From: a virus
Taxonomy: Duplodnaviria > Heunggongvirae > Uroviricota > Caudoviricetes
Strand: one strand, 5' to 3'
IMG/VR virus record: IMGVR_UViG_3300010373_001364
Location: 1 to 48,115 of that record
Length of the DNA stretch: 48,115 bases
Positions 25,788 to 34,971 of this stretch are shown one piece after another. A model generated the notes under the pieces. The model saw only the letters and a list, made by a program, of their open reading frames with translations, searched no databases and was not told the DNA's origin. The first letter of the stretch is position 1. Every line of letters starts with the position of its first letter. Position numbers and translations under genes: made by a program.

Positions 25788-26429
25788 ATGAGGCAGATGC
25801 GCTTTACCGGCTTTAGACGTTTGTGTGAGCAGGACGGATCGGTGCCCCCTGCGCCGGAACAGGAGCCGGGGAAGAGTAAGCCGAAGCACCATCGCGACTT
25901 TGAGAAGTCCAACGTGACTGGTGTTTTGGCACGCGACTTAAATATCGTGCCAGGTTCTAACGACGAGGCTATGGATATGCCATCGCCGGGCGGTGCTATT
26001 CAGTTTACGACCAATAAAGACCCCAAGAAGAACACGCTCCTAAAGCTCAACAAGCTTTTAGGAATCGAGGGCGAGGATGTTGCAATGAAGTCTATACGCA
26101 TCATTCGCCGTAATAAATATGGTGTTCAAATACAAGATGTAACAGGAAGTTGTGATAAAGATGGCTTGAACCAAGGCAGGGGTCTTGGTCCTTATTCTGA
26201 CCGTCCTTTCCCACACATGCCGTGTAGTCCTACCAGCGGTCGAACGTGGTGGATTAGCGCTGCGGATTGGGACAATATCTGGATGCCGCTACCTCCGGGT
26301 CAAGGAGGAGCGGGAGGCGCTGGAGGTGGAATGGGCGGTCCCGGTGGAGGACTTGGTGGTCCTGCCGGCGGGGGTGCTGCACCCCCTCCACCACCAGGGG
26401 GTGCAGGGGCAGGTGCCCCTCCAGCATAA
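25788..26429 (+). CDS. Hypothetical protein with Gly/Pro-rich tail, putative internal head protein
   Basis: N-terminal MRQMRFTGFRRLCEQD; C-terminal GGPGG/PPPP low complexity. Confidence 0.65.
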   Translation: MRQMRFTGFRRLCEQDGSVPPAPEQEPGKSKPKHHRDFEKSNVTGVLARDLNIVPGSNDEAMDMPSPGGAIQFTTNKDPKKNTLLKLNKLLGIEGEDVAMKSIRIIRRNKYGVQIQDVTGSCDKDGLNQGRGLGPYSDRPFPHMPCSPTSGRTWWISAADWDNIWMPLPPGQGGAGGAGGGMGGPGGGLGGPAGGGAAPPPPPGGAGAGAPPA

Positions 26430-26438
26430 GGGGGAAAT

Positions 26439-26645
26439 ATGATACCAAAACTAGATTTCGCAGAGTGGCTTAAACAAGAGATGACTTCCACAACCAGCAT
26501 CGGTAGTTCAACCTCTACCGCAGACATTGCCAACTTCGCACGACCTCTCTTTTCAGGAGGAGACGTGATCAAGAGGCAGTGGGCTAATACCATCTGTGGG
26601 GATGACGAAGACGAGAGGAAGTGTAAAAAACACAAGAAAGACTAA
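26439..26645 (+). CDS. Small putative internal head protein
   Basis: MIPKLDFAEWLKQEMTST...TADIANFARP. Confidence 0.65.
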   Translation: MIPKLDFAEWLKQEMTSTTSIGSSTSTADIANFARPLFSGGDVIKRQWANTICGDDEDERKCKKHKKD

Positions 26646-26704
26646 GTTATGTGCGGTGGTGGCGTTTCCAATAAAATTGTCACCCATCGTATATATACGG
26701 GGTT

Positions 26705-28198
26705 TTGGTGTACACAAACATACTTAGTCAATTTCTTGAACGATCAGAGTCCAACCGCGTAAAGATTGCAGTAGTTGGCGACTCGATGATTGATGAATAC
26801 TACGCCGTCAGGGTGAACAGAGTGTCTCCTGAGTTCCCAATACCCGTCCTCCTTTCAGAGGATGACAAGCCCATCAGTACCGTCCCAGGAGGTGCTGCCA
26901 ACGTCTGTTATCAAATGAAATACTGGAACGCAGACGTACACCTCCTGAGCGTCCTGACCGACACAGGCTCTCCTACCATTACGTCCCACAACTTCAACTG
27001 CGATTATTCCGTGACGCTGAAGGATGGCTGGAAGATGCCGAGGAAGAAGCGATTCTATGACGGCGACTTTCCACTAGACCGTTGGGATGTGGAAGCCAAA
27101 GGCTCATTCAGAACAAATACTCCAGAATGGTCTGAGGTTCGGCGTAAACTACTTAACAACTTCACCCAGATGGTGAAGAATGTGAAGCCCGATATCGTAA
27201 TTCTTAGCGACTACGGCAAGGGCGTTTTTGTGAGCGGTTCAGAGAACATTTCACGGATGCTTATTGAGTTTTGTGCCAGGAAAGACATTCCCGTTATTGT
27301 GGACCCCAAGTCAATTAGTACCGAGTTGTGGTCCGGTTGCACTGTGATCAAGCCAAATGCTGATTGGGCAAAGGCTTTCTGTAACAAATATGCCGAACAC
27401 CTTGATACCTTAGAAGATTACATGGAGTACATCTCCCAAGCACTCTTTGCCCAGGAGGTTGTCCTCACTCGCAGTGGCGATGGCGTAGGCATTCACGACC
27501 GATACAAAGAGGAGACAGATTTTTACCCTTCTGCTTTCCTCTCCAAAAAGCGACCCATCATCCGTAGCGTCATAGGCGCTGGAGATTGTTTCTGTGCCTT
27601 CTTCGCTATGGCGAAAGCCCTTGGTATCCCTCTGAAAGGAGCCGTATCGGTAGCCTTCAATGGCTCCAGTGCTTACATCGAGGACAAGCACAATTCCCCG
27701 GTGACTCCCTATCGATTCCAAAAGTGGTTCGACCCCATTGGTGCCAAGAGGGTGTCCTTGGAAAAGCTCTTGGCGATTAAGAAGCAAACACCAAACCAGA
27801 CTTGGGTATGGACAAACGGCTGCTTTGATATCATGCACGCTGGTCATTTGAAGACCTTTGAAGAAGCCAAGAAGTTAGGTGACAAGTTGATTGTTGGCAT
27901 CAACACTGATGAAAGCGTAAAGATGCTGAAAGGTGACAATAGACCGATTTTACCCTATAATCAAAGAGAAGCACTGATATCTAGTCTAGAGCATGTTGAC
28001 TTCGTAGTACCCATCAGCGACAAGAAGCCGGGAGGCATTATTAGACAATTGATGCCCAACATGATTGTGAAGGGTGGTGACTACAAGGTGGAGGAGATCG
28101 ACGGTTGGGAAGTGGTAGGCAAAGACAACGTGTACACCGTATCTTTGCTGCCCGGCGTGTCTACCAGTAAGATCATCGAGAGGATTAAAAATGGATGA
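26705..28198 (+). CDS. hldE: Bifunctional heptose-7-phosphate kinase / heptose-1-phosphate nucleotidyltransferase
   Basis: VGDSMIDEY, RVSPEFPIPV, GGAANV, LSDYGKG, VDPK, GAGD; TNGCFDIMHAGH, GINTDESV..LKG..RP, KGGDY and STSKII. Confidence 0.93.
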   Translation: MVYTNILSQFLERSESNRVKIAVVGDSMIDEYYAVRVNRVSPEFPIPVLLSEDDKPISTVPGGAANVCYQMKYWNADVHLLSVLTDTGSPTITSHNFNCDYSVTLKDGWKMPRKKRFYDGDFPLDRWDVEAKGSFRTNTPEWSEVRRKLLNNFTQMVKNVKPDIVILSDYGKGVFVSGSENISRMLIEFCARKDIPVIVDPKSISTELWSGCTVIKPNADWAKAFCNKYAEHLDTLEDYMEYISQALFAQEVVLTRSGDGVGIHDRYKEETDFYPSAFLSKKRPIIRSVIGAGDCFCAFFAMAKALGIPLKGAVSVAFNGSSAYIEDKHNSPVTPYRFQKWFDPIGAKRVSLEKLLAIKKQTPNQTWVWTNGCFDIMHAGHLKTFEEAKKLGDKLIVGINTDESVKMLKGDNRPILPYNQREALISSLEHVDFVVPISDKKPGGIIRQLMPNMIVKGGDYKVEEIDGWEVVGKDNVYTVSLLPGVSTSKIIERIKNG

Positions 28199-28775
28199 CA
28201 ATTACGAGGACTACGACACTGACAATGTTCTGGACAACTTCAACAACAAGAAGAAAAAGAAGAACTCTGGTCGCAAGGGCAAACGCGGTGAGCGAAGTTT
28301 AATCGAAGAACTGGAAGAGAGGTTTCCTGGCAAACCTTTTTCGCGCACCATTGGCAGTGGTAATCGCTGGTCCCAGGCTAGGTTGACGGAAGCCGCCAAG
28401 AAGGTTTTCACCGGGGATATTGTGACCCCGGAGGATTTTCTTTTTGCTCTGGAGTGCAAACACGGATATAATCATATCAGTCTGGAGCGTGCAGTCAAGC
28501 GAGTAGTCGAAGGCAAAAGTGGTAACAAACAGCTTGATGGGTTTCTGGAGCAAGCCAATAAGGATGGTGAGCGGGTCAGCAAAATGCCCATGATGTGCTG
28601 GAAGAAGGATTACAAGCCCTGGCTTGCCTTCTTGAAGACAGAACATCTTCCACGCGAGCTTCAGGATCTACCGGAACTAATTATATACCATGAGTGGAGT
28701 GTCCTCCCTCTGGTGAAGGTTCTGGAAAGACCTGATGGCTTCTTTTTCAAGGTGGTGGAAGATGGAGATGCTTAG
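28191..28775 (+). CDS. Holliday junction resolvase-like PD-(D/E)xK nuclease
   Basis: SGRKGKRGER, SG, GDI, LECK, QA..D and P.M.WK..YKPW. Confidence 0.8.
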   Translation: MDDNYEDYDTDNVLDNFNNKKKKKNSGRKGKRGERSLIEELEERFPGKPFSRTIGSGNRWSQARLTEAAKKVFTGDIVTPEDFLFALECKHGYNHISLERAVKRVVEGKSGNKQLDGFLEQANKDGERVSKMPMMCWKKDYKPWLAFLKTEHLPRELQDLPELIIYHEWSVLPLVKVLERPDGFFFKVVEDGDA

Positions 28776-29331
28776 TTTTTACGAGTGGATGACGAGGAAT
28801 AACTTGAATACAAAGCAAGCGAGAAGAAAGTTGTTGGAGTCTGTACCGGCGCTCACAGAGAAGCCAAAGTCTTCTGAGATTCTTTATGTTGCGGCTATCT
28901 TGACGAGAGATGCCCAGGAATCACTTTGGAAATCCATTACCAGCCGGGTCGCCATTCCTACCGATTGGAAGGCGTACTGTCATCATATGACAATTCGCTT
29001 CAAGCCAACTGACGATAGTCAATTGCCGATCCTTGGTGAGGATATTACCCTTATCGTAACCAACATCTTCGCTGACGATAAGGGCGTGGCGGTTAGTGTA
29101 GAGCCAAACACCAACAGACGTGAACTTCACATGCCGGCTGAACAGAAGCCTCACATCACAGTGGCTACCGCCCCAGGCACGCCTCCTGTTTATAGTAATG
29201 AGTTGTTACGCAAGGGCGAAAGCATGAAGATGCCCCAGGCACTGCCGCTGGAAGCGTTCATTGGAGCCAAGCTTCTGTATGGTCCCATCATGCCCGAACG
29301 AGGTGATGCTGCAAGAGAGAGCTTCACTTAA
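28768..29331 (+). CDS. 2H phosphoesterase with CTS-like N-terminus
   Basis: HHMTI and PHITVA HxT motifs; P.YSN.LL; N-terminal MLSFYEWM. Confidence 0.82.
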   Translation: MLSFYEWMTRNNLNTKQARRKLLESVPALTEKPKSSEILYVAAILTRDAQESLWKSITSRVAIPTDWKAYCHHMTIRFKPTDDSQLPILGEDITLIVTNIFADDKGVAVSVEPNTNRRELHMPAEQKPHITVATAPGTPPVYSNELLRKGESMKMPQALPLEAFIGAKLLYGPIMPERGDAARESFT

Positions 29332-30601
29332 TTAGGTACTTAGTATTCTCTATATCCGACACTATGTTCGTTAGGGAGTCAATAATGTCATTAACTTCCG
29401 AAGACCACATGCTGCCCTCGGTTACAGAATTCTGAGCTTTTGTAGAAATCTCACGAAGCAGTTCAGCCCCCTTGTCACACAAAGTTGTGATACCGTCTGC
29501 GTCCTGGGCAATAGTTTTGTTTTGGTCTTCCTCTTCTTCGTAAAAGATGTTGTTGCCTTGAAAGGAAGTCTTCATTTTCGTCTTCACGTTCAAGGAACCC
29601 ATTTCACAAACCACACCACTCTTTAAGCGGCTGCTTCGGTCATTAACTACTTCCTCATCCTCGTCAAGGCGCGTGACAACCTCTACAGGAGATCGCGTCA
29701 GCCTATCTCCTTTTGGGGCAGTTGACTCCTCCTCTTGAGACTCACCCCAATATCCATACTTCCTTGTTCGATTTACTTTGATCTTCTCCCACTCGATCTC
29801 GCCGCTGTCATTCATACGAAAGTGATACACCCAATCAGCCGGCAGTTTAATAACTCCCTGGTTCATGGGGATCAGCTTTTGGCTGATCTTTGCCTCATCT
29901 ACAGCGGCACGGAACAACTCCTGGGTAGAGCAGAAGAAGAACTGTCCCATCGTTTCGCGGAGATCAACAAGGCAAAGGGGTCGGAATTCGTTATGGAACA
30001 GCCATAACGCACGACCACTGTCAAGATGTTCGCCCAAGGCAACAGCCATAGCACCGTAGTTTACCTCAGAGAATATCTTTTTCAAACCGTAAACACGGTA
30101 GAGGCTTGAGATGCTGGTGTCAGCCTTCTGAAGTTGAGACTTCAGGAACTCCTCTTGCTCATGGAAATCTTCACCGGATTCAAAGATCCTAAGAAGGACT
30201 TCACTATCGCAGTCGGTGCTAACCGGGTACTGTTTCTTGAGGTAGGGGTACTCCGGTATCCTACCGTTGTGGACAAGCGCCACCCGGAAGTCCTTGCTGA
30301 CATGGGGATGATTGTTCTTGTTAAACTTTTCATCACCGCTGCCGGAACTGGTATACCGACAATGACCAAGCATCAGGTCAATCTTGTGTTTCGCCGTATC
30401 CTTCCAGATTTCTCTGGTGATGAACTCACTCGCCTTGACCGGCTCTTTGTGGTAGAAAATCTTGTTCTTATCGTTAACACAAGCCCAGAAGCCAGTTGCG
30501 TCTATGCCGCGAATTTCTGTCTTGTCCATCAAGGCGTTGGTTAGATCGAATGTTGCCTTGTGGTCTTTCGGCTTACCAATGTAACCAAGCAGTCCACACA
30601 T
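29324..30601 (-). CDS. Class II glutamine amidotransferase
   Basis: MCGLLG N-terminal nucleophile, RG.DATG, GHCR, NNHP, HNG and DSE. Confidence 0.9.
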   Translation of the reverse strand: MCGLLGYIGKPKDHKATFDLTNALMDKTEIRGIDATGFWACVNDKNKIFYHKEPVKASEFITREIWKDTAKHKIDLMLGHCRYTSSGSGDEKFNKNNHPHVSKDFRVALVHNGRIPEYPYLKKQYPVSTDCDSEVLLRIFESGEDFHEQEEFLKSQLQKADTSISSLYRVYGLKKIFSEVNYGAMAVALGEHLDSGRALWLFHNEFRPLCLVDLRETMGQFFFCSTQELFRAAVDEAKISQKLIPMNQGVIKLPADWVYHFRMNDSGEIEWEKIKVNRTRKYGYWGESQEEESTAPKGDRLTRSPVEVVTRLDEDEEVVNDRSSRLKSGVVCEMGSLNVKTKMKTSFQGNNIFYEEEEDQNKTIAQDADGITTLCDKGAELLREISTKAQNSVTEGSMWSSEVNDIIDSLTNIVSDIENTKYLIK

Positions 30602-30619
30602 TGTTCTCCTTCTAGAAAC

Positions 30620-30651
30620 AGCCCCAGATACAACCTAGCGTATCTGGGGCT
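30620..30651 (-). terminator. Stem-loop, probable terminator
   Basis: agccccagatac / gtatctggggct 12 bp inverted repeat between genes; weak U tract. Confidence 0.55.
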
Positions 30652-30656
30652 TAATG

Positions 30657-30941
30657 TCAATCAGGGAAGGGTTTATCTTCGTTGAGTTCCTGACCAGACA
30701 TCCTGTAGTACCAGTCTTTGTAGCTTTCGTGAGGTTTCCCTAGAAGGTATTTGGTATTAAGGGTAATCACCTCCCTCCCTTCCGCGTGCATGACCATCGA
30801 GGTAAGCACATCTTCCCCATCTTCATAACGGGGGTGGTTGTAGACCCTACCCATCAAATGAATAACCTTTTGTTCAGGTGGCTTGTAAGGATTTACACTC
30901 AAGCCGATAACCGACCAATCCTCTAGATTTGCATGATTCAT
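30657..30941 (-). CDS. Conserved phage hypothetical protein
   Basis: LEDW...L.GRVYNHPRY.DG..V.TS...T.NT.Y.LG; gaggtg RBS. Confidence 0.7.
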   Translation of the reverse strand: MNHANLEDWSVIGLSVNPYKPPEQKVIHLMGRVYNHPRYEDGEDVLTSMVMHAEGREVITLNTKYLLGKPHESYKDWYYRMSGQELNEDKPFPD

Positions 30942-30942
30942 A

Positions 30943-31995
30943 TCACCTCGCTAAACGCTTAAAGGCGTCAAGCCAGATTTGCTTCCTACTCTGGCTTTGC
31001 CAGGAGTATTGTTCGTAAACCTTTTGTCTGGCGTTGGACGCCATCACCATACGAAGGTTCTCGTCTTCAATTAACGTCTTCATTGCCTTATACCAACCTT
31101 CATCATCATACGGCTCGATAAGTAATCCATCAACTCCATCTTCAATACACTCATAAGGCGGCAACTTGGTAGCAATGGTTGCCGCACCTGCCATCGTGTA
31201 TTCAAGAAACTTAAGGTTGCTCTTGCTGTCGTTGAACTTGCAGTCATAGAGGGGAGCCAATCCAATGTAAGGACCGATCTTAACGAGACGGTCAAAGTAA
31301 AGCTTAAAGGGCAGACCTTCAAGAAATAGAATTCTTTGTTTGAAGTTTTTTTGGGTGAGTACCGCCAAGTTCTGACCGGGAACCCTTTGGAAGTCCGCAA
31401 AGGCGGTGGGAAGACACCCCCAGAAGAGGAATTGCACCTTCTCGCCGTACTCCTCCACAATTCTCAAAACGGGGTTGACCAGTTGTTCTAAGTCCTTGTC
31501 GTGCCATTGTGAACCCATCCACAAAATACGAATCGGTTGTGTAGGTGCCACCACTGGATCAAGGAAGGTGTTGAAGTCCACAAGGTTAGGTAGGACGTGG
31601 GTTTTTTCAGGCAAGTTCAGAGAGTCGGCAAGGGGTTTGGTAGAAACCCAAACCTCATCTGCCATTTCAAGTCCTTTTTTAAGGGACCACTTGGAGTTTT
31701 TGAACTCCTCAGATGGCATCCACTCTGGAATGTTGAAAAGATCATCGTCCATCTCCAAGACTAACTTGGCACCCTTCTCCTTCATGTTCTGCATCATGAA
31801 GATCGAATTGTCGAACGGTATGCGATGGAGGATGTAAGCGTCATAGTAAATTTCATCGGAAGTGAGTCCCTTGTCAAGGTGAAGATAAACCCCCTCCTTG
31901 CACAGATCGGAGTAGCACTGATACACCGGCATCTTGGCACGGTAATAGCCACAGCCCCAATCATCGAAACTGTTCACATAGATCCTTGACATCAT
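30943..31995 (-). CDS. GT-B glycosyltransferase (GT4-like)
   Basis: GCGYYR..P, EMDDDLF, VST..LA, VLPN, W.GS..H..DL, IGLAPL...FN..KSNLKFLEY. Confidence 0.9.
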   Translation of the reverse strand: MMSRIYVNSFDDWGCGYYRAKMPVYQCYSDLCKEGVYLHLDKGLTSDEIYYDAYILHRIPFDNSIFMMQNMKEKGAKLVLEMDDDLFNIPEWMPSEEFKNSKWSLKKGLEMADEVWVSTKPLADSLNLPEKTHVLPNLVDFNTFLDPVVAPTQPIRILWMGSQWHDKDLEQLVNPVLRIVEEYGEKVQFLFWGCLPTAFADFQRVPGQNLAVLTQKNFKQRILFLEGLPFKLYFDRLVKIGPYIGLAPLYDCKFNDSKSNLKFLEYTMAGAATIATKLPPYECIEDGVDGLLIEPYDDEGWYKAMKTLIEDENLRMVMASNARQKVYEQYSWQSQSRKQIWLDAFKRLAR

Positions 31996-32019
31996 TCCTC
32001 CAGGGTAAGTTGTTCTCAT

Positions 32020-32057
32020 AAAAAAGTAAACCCCAGGCGTTTTGGTGCGCCTGGGGT
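32020..32057 (-). terminator. Intrinsic terminator
   Basis: accccaggcg / cgcctggggt stem followed on the minus strand by ttactttttt. Confidence 0.8.
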
Positions 32058-32079
32058 CATGGTGTTTAGATGAGGTGGA

Positions 32080-32601
32080 TTAGATGGTATCGAGGATATT
32101 GGCGAGTTCACGGTTCGCCACCTTTTCGGCTTCCTGAGAAGCAATCTGCTGCTTAGCCTGAACCTTTGCTTTTTCTTTACGCAGACGCTTATTGAAAGCC
32201 TCTAGAAGAAGACCCTGGTCTAGTTCAGGCTCTTGACTGTTATTGGCGAGGCTGATGGTGGTGTTCTTGTGGCACACGGTAACAGTATCAGCCCACTTGC
32301 TAAAGCTCAAGTTGCTATAGTGCAAGACGGGGTTGTTGAGGTCAAATCCATAGCCCATCGCCCAACCACTGTCCTGCTCATTCAACAGCTTGAGCAACTT
32401 GAGAACAGTTTCGCTCGGTACATACGGTACGGTAATAGGACTGATGACTTCCTGAACCGCAGCGCTCTTGAACATCCGGCGGATAACAAGCGCCATGTTG
32501 ACGATCATCAGAATGCCGGAAAGAATCCAGCCGCCGACCGTGGCTTCGGGGCAATTATTTGCCCAGCGAGTAGCCTCAATACACATCTCATGAAAAGTCA
32601 T
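32080..32601 (-). CDS. Hypothetical membrane-anchored protein
   Basis: ggagg RBS; one TM helix near the N-terminus; C-terminal coiled coil. Confidence 0.7.
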   Translation of the reverse strand: MTFHEMCIEATRWANNCPEATVGGWILSGILMIVNMALVIRRMFKSAAVQEVISPITVPYVPSETVLKLLKLLNEQDSGWAMGYGFDLNNPVLHYSNLSFSKWADTVTVCHKNTTISLANNSQEPELDQGLLLEAFNKRLRKEKAKVQAKQQIASQEAEKVANRELANILDTI

Positions 32602-32671
32602 TCTATGACCTCCAAGCAGCCAATGTTGGGGCGATAGCCCAATCTAGCGTGGCTCTAGAATAAAGGCAAAC

Positions 32672-32705
32672 AAAAAACCCCAAGCCAAGAAGCCTGGGGT
32701 TTTTG
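32672..32705 (-). terminator. Intrinsic (possibly bidirectional) terminator
   Basis: aaaaaacccca...tggggtttttg inverted repeat after 32731..33135. Confidence 0.75.
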
Positions 32706-32730
32706 GGTGGAAATCAGGGTGTCAGGATTA

Positions 32731-33135
32731 TTAGCCCTCAGCACCAACGCCACCAGAGACGCCAGTCTGACCGCCAGCAACGGCAGCGCCGTCAGGGCTG
32801 TAGACCAAGAACCAGTTGAAAGTTTGGGTGGAAGTGTTCGGACCAGTGACAGTGAAGCCAGTGGTGGAAACCTGAGAAACAGCCAAACCAACAGCACCAG
32901 CACCAGAAGTAGTGCCAACTGCGTTTACGTCAGCATAGTAGCCAACGGCGGAAGCCAGTGGCTGAGTGAACGGTACGTTCACCTGGGACGGGGTGCCGGA
33001 AACCAAAGATGCCTGACCAGCATCAACAAGGCGAGGACCGATCAAATGATCTACACCAAGGTGCATGTGCTGACTGCCCTTGTTAACGCGATCCGCAGAT
33101 CCTTGACCAATTCCAGTAACAGAACTTGCTGCCAT
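32731..33135 (-). CDS. Probable virion decoration or fibre protein (beta-sandwich, H-lectin-like)
   Basis: Ala/Gly/Ser/Thr/Val-rich; VSTTGFTV...FNW; own TAGATA (33169-33174), aggag RBS and terminator. Confidence 0.6.
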   Translation of the reverse strand: MAASSVTGIGQGSADRVNKGSQHMHLGVDHLIGPRLVDAGQASLVSGTPSQVNVPFTQPLASAVGYYADVNAVGTTSGAGAVGLAVSQVSTTGFTVTGPNTSTQTFNWFLVYSPDGAAVAGGQTGVSGGVGAEG

Positions 33136-33240
33136 GTTATTCTCCTATGTTAAGGACAAAGTTGAAGTTATCTATTCATTGGTAGGGGAAAACATGGTGG
33201 CAAAGTTCACTTTTTGTACTGAAAATTCGTACTGAATCAC

Positions 33241-33246
33241 TACATA
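33241..33246 (+). promoter_or_regulatory. Putative late promoter (TACATA), leaderless
   Basis: TACATA-5 nt-ATG at 33252. Confidence 0.5.
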
Positions 33247-33251
33247 GCTGT

Positions 33252-33935
33252 ATGAAGAAAGAACAGAAGAGAAAACTACGGGCGATATGCCTGGACGATT
33301 GGGAAAGGCAGATCATTTATGGTGCATTGCTTGGCAATGCTTTCATAGTAGATCCCCCAAAGGGACTACACTGCTACCTAGTGATGCGCCAAAGCAAAAA
33401 ACAAGACTACAACTCTTTCTTATACAAGACGAGTGAGTTGCGTGCATTTGCACGTCAATCTGCGGTTTATTCCGATACACATGATTATCGTTGGACATCA
33501 ATATCCCATCAGGATTTCGATCTGATACGGGACTTCTGTTACAAGGAAAGAAAAAAACACGTCACAATGGAGTGGCTAGATACGCTAAGAGATGTGTCGT
33601 TGATGGTTTGGTATCTCGACCGGGGCTTCTATAAAGGCGGCAAACTTGGCATCAATACAGTGAATCTCAAGGGAGCGCAGGACGTGATCCACCAGTATTT
33701 CAACGAAGTGGGTATGCCATGTCGTTTAGATGGATGCAAGGTCGTCTTCGATGACAAAGGGAAGGATGAGTTCCTTAGAGTAATCGCTCACCGTGTACCA
33801 CCCTCACTCTATTACAGACTGACGGAAGTACGCGACATTAAGATGTCAAAGTCCTTGGTCTACAACATAGAATCGGATGCCGAAGAGGTAGATAATAATC
33901 ATGAAGAACCATTTCAGAATGTTTCTCCTAACTGA
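33252..33935 (+). CDS. LAGLIDADG endonuclease-like protein, catalytically degenerate
   Basis: QIIYGALLGNA (canonical LLGDG) and LMVWYLDRG (canonical WFMDDG); two-domain I-SceI-type layout. Confidence 0.75.
   Translation: MKKEQKRKLRAICLDDWERQIIYGALLGNAFIVDPPKGLHCYLVMRQSKKQDYNSFLYKTSELRAFARQSAVYSDTHDYRWTSISHQDFDLIRDFCYKERKKHVTMEWLDTLRDVSLMVWYLDRGFYKGGKLGINTVNLKGAQDVIHQYFNEVGMPCRLDGCKVVFDDKGKDEFLRVIAHRVPPSLYYRLTEVRDIKMSKSLVYNIESDAEEVDNNHEEPFQNVSPN
33889..33894 (+). promoter_or_regulatory. Putative late promoter (TAGATA), leaderless
   Basis: TAGATA-6 nt-ATG at 33901. Confidence 0.55.
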
Positions 33936-34299
33936 GGAGCGTGTCTACCTGGGCACGAAGGTCGGCGATATCTTAACTTCACTACAGGAACTCAACAAGG
34001 ATGCTCCCAACATGGGTAAGCGCCACTTGATGAGACTCATCAAAAACATTGTTCGTCAAATCCGCCGCATACTGCACAGCAGTTGGACATTCGAGGAAGA
34101 GGACTACCTAAAGGTGCTACAAAAGGTTGGTGTAGCCCTAATGAAAGGGCTAGACACCAACGAAGATTTGCCAACACTTATTAGCAGTGCGACCACTGAA
34201 GTCGAGAGTCTGAGCGAGAAGATTGATGAACCTATCAACAATCTAGCCGCGCCTGCTGTTGACAGAGATAGTGGTGGTGCCGACGAAGATAACGATTAA
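33901..34299 (+). CDS. Helical hypothetical protein, putative internal head protein
   Basis: N-terminal MKNHFRMFLLTEE. Confidence 0.65.
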   Translation: MKNHFRMFLLTEERVYLGTKVGDILTSLQELNKDAPNMGKRHLMRLIKNIVRQIRRILHSSWTFEEEDYLKVLQKVGVALMKGLDTNEDLPTLISSATTEVESLSEKIDEPINNLAAPAVDRDSGGADEDND

Positions 34300-34505
34300 G
34301 CGCTATGGGTCAAGCACGACAGGACTGTCTTGAGTTCTGGATTATCACCACAAGTCTCGATTAGGGTTTTGACGCCCTTCAACAGGTAGTCATCAAGCTG
34401 GAATCTGTCTCTGAGTTGTGCCCAATCCTGCTCACGCAGCGTTGGATTCGCAAGGGCTACAGCAAGTCTTACTGCCTGCTGGACGTTCTTTGGGTTAAAT
34501 GCCAT
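34296..34505 (-). CDS. Small hypothetical protein
   Basis: aaggag RBS; start MAFNPK. Confidence 0.65.
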   Translation of the reverse strand: MAFNPKNVQQAVRLAVALANPTLREQDWAQLRDRFQLDDYLLKGVKTLIETCGDNPELKTVLSCLTHSA

Positions 34506-34704
34506 TCTTCTCCTTCTTGATATTCGTATCTTCGATATATACCACGCACTCACTAAATTCGTGGTATTCATAGGTTTGTGGATAATCGCCGCCCCGTTTG
34601 CCTACCTCAAAGGAACAACTGGTGACGGTTTCCCCATTCTTAGAGAAGTAATCCTTGATCATTTCTCTCAGGTCATCAGGCGAAAGATGATAGCTCTTTC
34701 TCAT
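34495..34704 (-). CDS. Small hypothetical protein
   Basis: ggag RBS; ATGA overlap with the upstream gene; start MRKSY. Confidence 0.65.
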   Translation of the reverse strand: MRKSYHLSPDDLREMIKDYFSKNGETVTSCSFEVGKRGGDYPQTYEYHEFSECVVYIEDTNIKKEKNGI

Positions 34705-34961
34705 GCTGGTGTCTCCGGTGCATCTTTGGTGTGCTTGTCCCAATCCTTAAGAACCGTCTCAAAGAAGTTCGCACACGCTTTGAGGTTTTCAATGTGCATG
34801 TAGATGCACTTCAACTGACGCAAGCACTCATAAGGTGACATATTTAGGTTGGGTGACTTTCTCATCACCACTTCGTTTTTGTCACTGAAGAATACCTGTG
34901 CGCCAGCTTGGTATGTGATCTCACGCCTTTTGATCAGGCTGTCACCCAAGATGTCGGACAT
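34701..34961 (-). CDS. Small hypothetical protein
   Basis: gaggg RBS; start MSDILG. Confidence 0.6.
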   Translation of the reverse strand: MSDILGDSLIKRREITYQAGAQVFFSDKNEVVMRKSPNLNMSPYECLRQLKCIYMHIENLKACANFFETVLKDWDKHTKDAPETPA

Positions 34962-34971
34962 GCGATTGCCC

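Noticed and set aside
22832-25912. Long upstream extensions of ORFs 22832..23413 and 25217..25912
   Set aside because: They overlap better-supported opposite-strand genes; downstream starts (23086, 25729) have promoter or RBS support.
26296-26426. GC-rich stretch as a foreign insertion or repeat element
   Set aside because: Explained by Gly/Pro/Ala codons of the 25788..26429 C-terminus.
33252-33935. Group I intron or intein around the LAGLIDADG ORF
   Set aside because: Flanking genes are not halves of one gene, there are no intein termini, and there is no space for intron RNA structure.
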